This document shows positions 63,201-64,000 of a stretch of DNA of 64,000 nt, one piece after another. The notes beneath the pieces are model-generated. The model searched no databases. It saw only the letters and a list, made by a program, of their open reading frames with translations, and was not told where the DNA came from. The first letter of the stretch is position 1, and each line of letters begins with the position of its first letter. This stretch comes from an uncultured Candidatus Saccharibacteria bacterium (GTDB lineage: Bacteria; Patescibacteriota; WWE3; 2-01-FULL-39-13), in assembly GCA_965230915.1 (NCBI GenBank), contig OZ246395.1, positions 140,019 through 204,018 of the forward strand, written 5' to 3'. The position numbers and the translations under genes are program-made.

Positions 63201-63998
63201 TTACCAAATTCAAATATCGGTATTATAGATGCGATCAACGACGCATATAACGCAGCTGTCGGTACAAGCGGAGGTCTTTGGACATTGTCATCAGGAGTTA
63301 TCTCTCCAACAACAGCAACAAACGACTTCGCAATCGGCGGATCGACATTGGCTGCATCAATCTTTAGTATCGATGAATCAGCTGGAACATTCTTATTCGG
63401 TGGAGACCAATCAGCAAATCCAATATTGAGATTTGAAGCTACAGATAACGATACAGCTGATTTTGGATTCAATACAAACGACAGCTTCTATATCGCAGGT
63501 GGAAGTTTAGGTATCGGTTATTCAGCACCAGGATCAACCTTATCAGTATCCGGAAACCAGGCAATTGGTGCTAACTATGCAAGATTGGCAGCTCCAACTA
63601 ATGGATTAATCGTAGAAGGTAATGTTGCAATCGGATTAACAGCAACAAACTACAAATTAGCTATCGGTGGAACAGCTGCAACTCAGAACTTGGTATTAGG
63701 CGGAACACAGATTACATCATCTGCCGCAGAAATAAATGTATTGCAGGGTGTAAACACTGGAACACTAACAGGCTCAGAACTTAACTTTTTAGACGGCGCA
63801 ACTGTAACCGCCGGCGGAGTTGTTTATGGCGATGGAACAAAACTAACACAAAGCGCAACTAACTTCTTCTGGGATAGTACAAACTTAAGACTAGGAGTAG
63901 GAACTTCAGCTCCATCACAAAGATTCCAGGTAAATACAAATGATTCGCCATTCGTAGTGACAAGCACAGGTTCAGTTGGAATTGGAACTACTTCTCCG
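39210..63998 (+). CDS. giant repetitive surface protein (more than 8,260 codons; 3' end beyond the window). N-terminal ~225-aa domain, single TM helix, then tandem shuffled Gly/Thr/Asn/Ser/Ala-rich fibre-like repeats
   Basis: I translated frame 0 by hand from ATG 39210 (preceded by an in-frame TAA at 39198) to the window end and found no stop. Frame checkpoints at 43311, 50040 and 63510 are all positions divisible by 3. The ORF track shows no + strand ORF here, which is expected if it only reports ORFs that reach a stop. TM helix KYALIAAGFLLLLIGVISPSLV is preceded by Lys-rich residues (N-in). Recurrent motifs: VGIGTT.P...LDV.G; SLWFYD.QGRGQLTIANLTG.QTYTLPDASGEISLLGQTI; TDTNTTYTAGNGLTLA; GSGY.G.GISAP.NGLLVQGNVGIGTTNP; LGGTQITATGTEINLLSGLTS.S.ELNYLDGTT. 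Confidence 0.85.
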   Translation, partial: MDTTNLDNLRDVNRLVPTDEIIKLAKDSGVKFGFGDARNRIRYFVKNGLLPHQVRKVLDGKITPHLPYSALERLIEIQDLQTTFKYTIPQLIEHFNDSNVKQERSKFEGSTPQPIDVPEEEIVDETVSSTSNTPVAPNSVIDATNAASANSIGSGDNNSSVIEEVKPQKNGGFQPIVGSEASKLEVANGKVNVGDLANDELENKTAKEVATKHVGKYALIAAGFLLLLIGVISPSLVSGKGINLGWLKNGLSDSFGFLQDKVNNDENAPAASGNLAQNVTDSTQVSSNTNTTNTQASVSIFGINIPAYFSNTTTFGSDVNFEGNLNIENQDINLGTGSILASNIIYTITGGNGMQVSAGQNPVITNTGVLSIGGESGDIELAAGEGIEVDGTQITNIGVLSLGGETGELELSAGADIDINGLQVALQPVLDTVEQINLPADSATALKFGGIGIGQAGTSVSTSGASLIGIYDNLVNSSASNLQLAVSDIDTAIGDRDYSFPHYISDGQTVTESLETLDSTIWGIVGGSIVWFDGGNYVYTSDSEYLGNPTSGGANKVTGLFLEDNAPITFGTSNNFTAVFDGTQFAMTDGSNIFMSLVDSGASANFAINRDDLFVAHDGKVGIGTTAPSSALHVIGSANITGQLTLGNVPTVGATSTVLTSSSGVISAMDVSSWDLDSSDDVTTFLGLTDTPASYAGAANYFVRVNGGGTALQFTDLSAWDQDSSDDLTGSGVDRFIPLWNSASDLVTSILYQESVTNNVGIGTTDPEYALDIVGDINTSTDLFVNNIALSSTGGAGLIGVDSTNIANSSATILQDVLEDLDASIQSGSHDPLTLAGSYDYLTLDGPNQVLTLNQIDLTTGTGDVTGLLGVTNGGLGANVSAAGAGELLFSTSTTAYDSLSAGSSNQILLSNGAASPSWVNLSTLISGGDDISVTGTTSLTVALEDNIDLISVNAASDAGISFYDNGSNLGMFIEDGGQIGVGRTNPEYTLDVSDTGRFGGQLTLASVPSSASNSVLVYGAGGIVSQRDASGWDTDASNDVTTFLGLTDTPSTYAGSANYIVRVNGATNALEFLDAAGWDQNAADDLTISGTANRSAKFNALGNNVMEGSIDDLYNAVAVTIDASGKVGIGTTGPQFALDVVGRIRATTDLMVGSVNLADNSSAASGASLIGVFDNSLTYVSGNTNVQSAIEQLDAAIATASVGDISAIGDVTSGDAFTSGGTQGTSLWFYDADGRGQLTIANLTGPQTYTLPDASGEISLLGQTIANNELVNSDITFNGDSGSAAISLGGDFDVIGGPGISTSISATTLTITNTDLGSTQNIFKNIAVSGQNTVVADANNDTMTLVAGTNVTITTDDTTDSVTINATDTNTTYTAGNGLTLAGTTFKFGGTISEDTRLFSATSGEILFVNDTTGNIGLGMTAPGYKLDINGTARVGGQLTLSNVPSTSNNNLVLTVNGGVVSSIDTSAWDTNASNDVTTFLGLTDAPDSYTGSETYLVRVKADGTGLEFVDPATVGGVNSVTNSDGTLTISPTTGAVVASLNLNQANAWLAAQTFSANTYFGGNGIWSSTGDVGIGTTAPAYKLDVVGGIRTTTDLFVGNIGLGTTQPTGSGASLVGVYNGNLTNSIATNVQSVLEDLDAAIAGSSHDAVTLAGAYDYLTLSGQQITLQQIDLTEDVIGVLPTSNGGTGLNIDPTAIADGQILIGNNAGDTFSLATITQGTGISITNGSGTITIANSDLGSSQNIFKNIAVNDQGTVSTDTNNDTLTLVAGTNVSITTDTGSDSITINATDTDTTYTAGNGLTLAGTTFKFGGTITEPTRLADGSFEYLFLNNANGRVGIGTTNSGSKLSVSGNQSIGSTYALLAAPTNGLIVEGNTGIGVTATIYQLEVGGTAAVQNLVLGGTQITTTGTEINLLSGLTSTSTELNYLDGTTVPAGAVMFGDGTKITNDISNFFFNDSTNRLGLGTSSPDATIDVAGTAWLRGNLSAEGLYVNSSGNVGIGGTAATSAPFFFNTSSGFATNLSSATALTVGANGTAYATFDTTLGSSSDLLSLNAPAGSTLGNLFAIYDNGSPVFKVSQNQIESAVPHTFTAAGDVSMSYDLNFTNPTAAYINFDGPGYIRTNNPSGNYDLTLSAANSGVVYIDDNLTISGTQLTLTNAAALDLAASTTALNIENGLLNLDSTNARVGIGTTVPGSTLSVAGNQAIGATYARLAAPTNGLIVEGNVGIGFTATNYKLAVAGTAAVSNFVLGGTQITATGAEINLLSGLTSTSSELNYLDGTTVVAGGVMFGDGTKIAQDTSNFFFDSASKRLAIGTSAANSGLTVMGSGSFGAGYSNIGISAPLNGLLVQGNVGIGMTNPGAFALNVNGNIKTSGDLFIGNIGLGTTNSATSSGAYLVGVFDEFDNSNSTNVQAVLNDLDAAIASSAGGSITGIGDVSSGDAFTAGGTSGTSLWFYDPQGRGQLTIANLTGAQTYTLPDASGEISLLGQTIGNAELDNSTITFNADTGTVASALGDSFAINGGPGISTEISGTTLTITNTDLGSSQNIFKNISVSGQGTVSTDTNNDTLTLVAGTNVTITTDTGSDSITINATDTNTTYTAGNGLTLATTTFKLGGTITEDTRLANGSFDYIFLNNSDGNVGIGTTGPLFKLDVNGTARFTGNVTLGSVPADSSNNVLVLDGSGVVSQRDISAFDQNASDDVTTFLGLTDTPSSYTGNETYLVRVNAAGNALEFIDPTTVGGVNSVANSDGTLTISPTTGNVVASINLNNANVWTGSQTFSANTYFPGSGVWDTSGDVGIGTTDPQYKLDVAGSINVLGFYLSGVALTSSADELNILDGATLSTSELNILDGVTSTAAEINYLDNSTVLAGGMVFGNGTNFTQDVSNVFYNSTTKRLGIGTSTPGNTLGVAGAAAIGSGYAGTGISAPANGLLVQGNVGIGTTNPAFKLDVNGDIRVVSGSDLYIGAIGMNDNASLSSGASLIGLYDDSMTYISGNTTVQDAIKQLDTAIASAATGDITAIGDVASGAAFTSGGTQGTSLWFYDPQGRGQLTIANLTGDQTYTLPDASGEISLLGQTIGNSELENSTITFAGDTGSNASALGTTFNIVGGTGIGTSVGGNNVSIINTDRGSSQSIFKNFAVSGQNTVVADANNDTLTLAAGSNITITTNDTTDTITIAATDTNTTYTAGNGLTLATTQFKLGGQITEPTRLFDGSNEYLYINPNTGNLGIGTTNSGYKLEVNGTFNAASGFYLAGSQVTSNASELNILDGATLNTTELNYLDGTTVVAGGITFGNGSYIAQDPADFFWNNTSNRLGLGTSAPTTTLDVAGTFRVTGNTTLGDASGDTVTSNAASWIFANATTIDLANSTAALSIEGGLLGFDSSNGRIGIGTTAPSKTLDVIGGIRTTDDLYVGLIGLNDNGSTSSGSSLIGLYDNSLVYISGNTTVQSAIEQLDAAIATTAGNQHDPVTLAGSLAYLTLNDQEITLNAIDLTTDVSGVLPLENGGTGKNIDGTAITNGQILIGNATTDGFDLATITQGTGISVTNGAGSITITNTDLGSSQNIFKNIAVNDQGTVSTDTNNDTLTLVAGTNVTITTDDTTDSITINATDTNTTYTAGNGLTLAGTVFKFGGTITEPTRLADGSFEYLFLNNANGRVGIGTTNSGSKLGIAGNVGIGNSYATYAAPANGLIVEGNIGVGFTATNYKLGVNGTAAVSNLVLGGTQITATGTEINKLSGLTSSTAELNILTGVTTNATELNYLTGSSVVSGGIVFGDGSKFTQDAANLFFNNTSKNLSIGSTAGGSRLSVNGGAAIGSGYIGTALSAPTNGLLVQGNVGIGTTNPGTYALNVNGTANANALSIGNLLLSANSTATSGGTLVGINDNSLTYVSANTNVQSAIEQLDAAMSSNFSGVITAIGDVTAGDAFTSGGTQGTSLWFYDAQGRGQLTIADLTSARTYTLPDASGEISLLGQTISNAELDNSTITFAGDTGSNASALGTTFNIVGGTGIGTSVGGNNVSIINTDRGSSQNIFKNFAVSGQNTVSTDTNNDTLTLVAGTNVTITTDDTTDSVTINATDTNTTYTAGNGLTLAGTTFKFGGTITEPTRLADGSFEYLFLNNGNGRVGIGATNSGSKLSVAGNVGIGNSYATYAAPANGLIVEGNTGLGVTATNFKLEVGGTAAVKNLVLGGTQITATGTELNKLTGATLSTTELNYLTGTTVTSGGVLFGDGTKITNDSANFFWNDSTNRLGLGTTAPGQQLELTGNILLQGSGKIYFDGPASTNYSISRSANRFRLDSADSFTIGLDSTGLTGDAFLNITDRNVSRVYMDANGLFGIGTSAPESLLTVKGNASIGSGYTGIGISSPLNGLLVQGNVGIGNTNPGAYALNVTGNQNISGTLTLGTVNSTSNNNQVLTVNNGVVSYIDTSGWDTNASNDISTFLGLTDTPSSYSGVGSQFVRVNAGESALEFVDLSAWDQNAADDLTISGTDNRIARFNAAGNNVENSSIDDAYTGGVALRIFANGTIGIGVTATNYQLAVGGTASVSNLVLGGTQLTVTGTELNLLSGLTATSSELNILDGATLSTAELNILDGATVTAAELNYLDNSSVLAGGLVFGNNSNFTQDVANIFWNDSTKRLGIGTSAPGQTLSVAGTFGIKEGGSSPHFFTAFQGGDQSADITYTLPVDDGSSDYVLVTDGNGVLSWQSVGGVGAGTGDITAVIAGGGLSGGASTGDATLDIGAGNGITVNADDIAIKLAISSGVGATASYSGLEVNSNGLSMLTGCGQGEILTWDDSNNIWKCASIASSGGITGTGTANYVPLWNTSSDLTNSVIYQTGSSLGIGTTVPGSNLSVSGNQAIGALYSRYAAPANGLIVEGNVGIGYTATNYKLAVAGTAAFSNLVLGGTQITATGTEINKLAGLTSSTSELNILTGVTANATEINYLDNSSVLAGGLVFGNGSNFTQDVGSIFFDSTNKRLGVGTSAPTSALSVNGGAAIGSGYAGGGVSAPTNGLLVQGRVGIGTTNPSSTYALDVNGSIRATSLNTASSTYQNALISNSGAFNVSVGGGSNLYMTLNGTSASDNYIVRTGTTDLFRVGGNGKVGIGTTAPESLLSVKGNQTIGAGYTGIGISAPVNGLLVQGVVGIGMTNPGAFGLNVGTGINTLDDLYVNSVGLNDNASTTSGASLIGLNDDSMTYISGNTTVQSAIKQLDTAISSGLGGTITAIGDVTSGDAFTSAGTQGTSLFFYDPQGHGQLTIANLTGDQTYTLPDASGEISLLGQTISNSELVNSDITFNGDSGSAAISLGGDIDVIGGPGISTSISGTTLTITNTDLGSTQNIFKNIAVSGQNTVVADANNDTMTLVAGTNVTITTDDTTDSITIAATDTNTTYTAGNGLTLASTTFKLGGTISEDTRLANGSFEYLFLNNANGRVGVGTTNSGSKLSVNGNQAIGATYASYAAPANGLIVEGNTGLGVTATIYKLEVGGTAAVKNLVLNGTQITATGTEINKLSGLTSSTAELNILTGVTTNGTELNYLDNSTVLAGGLVFGNGSNFTQDISNIFFNSTSKNLGIGTSAPGSRLSVAGGAAIGSGYVGSGLSAPTNGLLVQGNVGIGTTNPGTYALNVAGGVNVSTLSIGNLLLSANSTATSGATLVGLNDDSLTYVSGNTSVQDAIKQLDTAIATAATGDISAIGDVASGAAFTSGGTQGTSLWFYDPQGRGQLTIANLTGDQTYTLPDASGEISLLGQTISNAELDNSTITFAGDTGSNASALGTTFNIVGGTGIGTSVGGNIVSIINTDRGSSQSIFKNIAVSGQNTVVSDANNDTLTLAAGSNVTITTNDTTDTITIAATDTNTTYTAGNGLTLASTTFKLGGSITEPTRLSDGSFEYLFLNNGNGRVGIGTTNSGSKLGIAGNVGIGNSYATYAAPSNGLIVEGNVGLGVTATNFRLSVNGTAAVTNLVLGGTQITATGTEINLLSGLTSTSTELNYLDGTTITSGGVLFGDGSKITNDVSNFFFNSTTKRLAIGTSAANSGLTVNGSGSFGAGYSNIGISAPLNGLLVQGNVGIGTTNPGTYALNVAGTANVNALSIGNLLLSANSSATSGATLVGLNDNSLTYVSGNTNVQSAIEQLDAAIATAATGDISAIGDVTSGAAFTSGGTQGTSLWFYDADGRGQLTIDNLSAARTYTLPNASGEISLLGQTISNAELVNSDITFNGDSGSAAISLGGDFDVIGGPGISTSISGTTLTITNTDLGSTQNIFKNIAVSGQNTVVADANNDTITLVAGSNVTITTNDTTDTITIAATDTNTTYTAGNGLTLATTQFKLGGQITEPTRLFDGSNEYLYINPNTGNLGIGTTNSAYKLEVNGSFNAAGNFYLAGSQVTSSAAELNILDGVTSNATELNYLDNSTVVSGGMVFGNGSNFTQDAANIFYNSTTKRLAIGTSAANSGLTVNGSGSFGAGYSNIGISAPLNGLLVQGNVGIGTTNPSATLDVAGNIKLGTAGNSATITFPVTTSGSSFVPLIQSIYGSNALRMSMDSSNYIQILGSGGGANIQSGGSNFTLNGTAATFSLNGFGEVFRATSSGTVGIGTSVPGSKLSVSGNQAIGALYSRYAAPTDGLIVQGNVGIGYTATNYALGVNGTGNFSDLAIGGTLFSANSSATSGASLVGLNDDAMTYISSNTNVQSAIKQLDTAIASVSGSAITISGTDNRLARFNAAGNNVEDSSLNDLYTGGVALTIGANGNVGIGYTATNYRLAVAGTAALQNLVLGGTQITATGTEINKLSGLTSSTAELNILTGVTTNATELNYLDNSTVVSGGLVFGNGSNFTQDTSDLFWNSSLNRLGVGTSGPESTLTVKGGATIGAGYTGIGISAPTNGLLVQGNVGIGTTAPIQALDVSGSIRATGSGNFSGTVIAKAGSASDPAYQFQGLGNVGMYMVATGLGFSSAGLERMRIDVNGNVGIGTTAPSYKLDVNGDARVASGSDFYVGSIGLNDTAGTSTSGASLVGAFDEFAYSSSSNVQDVLDDLDAAIATVSGSALTISGTDNRIARFNAAGNNVEDSSLNDNYTGGVALTIDTEGDIGIGVTASIYKLNVNGSLNTTALSLGGSQVNSSAAEINVLQGVNTGTLTGSELNLVDGATATNGGLVFGNGTRFAQDAASLFWDDSNNRLGIGITAPAQALDVMGSIRSNGSYLINGNSNFILNGTTLNLGSNDAVIQAKWGSANLNIRSGDIGGYGTISFQRTNGTPITTMFIDALGNIGVGTTAPESRFTLAGNASIGSGYTAIGISAPTNGLLVQGNVGLGLTNPGSFNLNVNGTTRLGGALTLGTVNSTANNNQVLTVNSGVVSYIDTSTWDTDSSNDLTISGTDNRIARFNAAGTNVENSSINDNYTGGVALTIDAEGDVGIGVTASIYKLAVGGTASVSSLVLGGTQITATGTEINKLSGLTSSTSELNLLTGVNLTLSASEINTLDGITSSTAELNYVDNATVTSGGMVFGNGSNFTQDAANIFYNSTTKRLSIGTSAANSGLTVNGSGSFGAGYSNIGISAPLNGLLVQGNVGIGNTNPGGYALAVGGTANVSNLSIGGLLLNTNSSATSGGTLVGINDNSLTYISGNTNAQSAIEQLDAAIVSVASGASGLWTDAGTTTYLTTLTDNVGIGVTATNYKLAVSGTAAVSNLVLGGTQITATGTEINLLSGLTATSSELNILDGATLNTTELNYLDNSTVVSGGMVFGNGTNFTQDTANIFWNSTTKRFGIGTSAPRSALTVSGNGSFGAGYAAIGISAPLNGLLVEGNTGIGVTATIYKLEVGGTAAVKNLVLGGTQITSSATELNKLTGATLSTAELNYLTGTTVTNGGVLYGDGSKITNDVSNFFFNSTSKRLSIGTSAANSGLTVNGSGSFGAGYSNAGISAPLNGLIVQGNTGIGSSAPSALLSVGASNQFLVNSSGNIDRIGGVNHTISNNGGNLLLTGNGELQFDDSTLASAVQLTDLDNSLPNSNIGIIDAINDAYNAAVGTSGGLWTLSSGVISPTTATNDFAIGGSTLAASIFSIDESAGTFLFGGDQSANPILRFEATDNDTADFGFNTNDSFYIAGGSLGIGYSAPGSTLSVSGNQAIGANYARLAAPTNGLIVEGNVAIGLTATNYKLAIGGTAATQNLVLGGTQITSSAAEINVLQGVNTGTLTGSELNFLDGATVTAGGVVYGDGTKLTQSATNFFWDSTNLRLGVGTSAPSQRFQVNTNDSPFVVTSTGSVGIGTTSP
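43044..43300 (+). repeat. intragenic cassette, copy 1 of 3 (~96-98% DNA identity with 55095-55350 and 57858-58045); locally GC-rich codons (GGC/GCC/CCC) encoding GDSGSAAISLGGDFDVIGGPGISTSIS...
   Basis: Direct comparison of the three segments, e.g. aatggtgattcgggttccgccgctat[c/t]tcc[t/c]tgggcggggat[t/a]ttgacgtgatcggcggacccggaatcagcacttcaatatca... Confidence 0.8.
55095..55350 (+). repeat. intragenic cassette, copy 2 of 3 (near-identical to 43044-43300)
   Basis: Same ~255-bp block with a few substitutions. Confidence 0.8.
57858..58045 (+). repeat. intragenic cassette, copy 3 of 3 (near-identical to 43044-43300 over ~190 bp, then switches to a different cassette)
   Basis: Matches copies 1 and 2 through ...gcagatgctaacaacga, then continues as the 48700-49100-type cassette. 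Confidence 0.75.
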
Positions 63999-64000
63999 CA

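Noticed and set aside
39476-63472. About 40 minus-strand ORFs of 60-160 aa listed in the ORF track across this region (e.g. 42998-43372, 49115-49522, 55007-55492)
   Set aside because: All lie antisense to the continuous + strand frame-0 ORF. Their products are repetitive, Pro/Val/Ile-rich mirror translations of the sense repeats (shadow ORFs), and none has independent start or stop context or conservation signal.
40000-64000. Highly repetitive DNA that could be mistaken for a CRISPR array, satellite or mobile-element repeat cluster
   Set aside because: The repeats are in-frame coding cassettes of variable length and order within one ORF. There are no short fixed-length direct repeats with unique spacers and no cas genes.

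Overview
Reading the window: low-GC (~35-42%) bacterial DNA with compact genes and streamlined enzymes (LeuRS of 781 aa, ComEC split into two ORFs). I take this to suggest a reduced-genome, possibly Patescibacteria/CPR-like bacterium; that is inference only. Positions 1-39,000 hold ordinary housekeeping genes: a ClpC/ClpB-type ATPase C-terminal fragment, a trypsin-like protease, radA followed by a YacL-like PIN/TRAM gene, rho, a LysM/M23 peptidase, an O-antigen-ligase/TPR membrane protein, obg, leuS, comEC (split), argS, ndk, a tRNA-Arg(CCT), a sortase, a PEGA-domain protein, and an HTH protein with a long Gln/Asn-rich region. They also hold an alpha-glucan cluster (two GT5 glycogen synthases, a GH57 enzyme, a tandem APH-like kinase) and an F-type ATP synthase operon (b, delta, alpha, gamma, beta) with odd features. 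The main finding is what the ORF track does not show. From 39210 to the window end, frame 0 (positions divisible by 3) on the + strand is one uninterrupted ORF of more than 8,260 codons. The track omits it because it runs off the window without reaching a stop. It encodes a giant surface protein: a ~225-aa N-terminal domain, one TM helix, then ~24 kb of shuffled Gly/Thr/Asn/Ser/Ala-rich cassettes, some duplicated at 94-98% DNA identity. All ~40 minus-strand ORFs listed for that region are antisense shadows of this gene. Three small ORFs with higher GC, each ending in a strong hairpin, sit between housekeeping genes.
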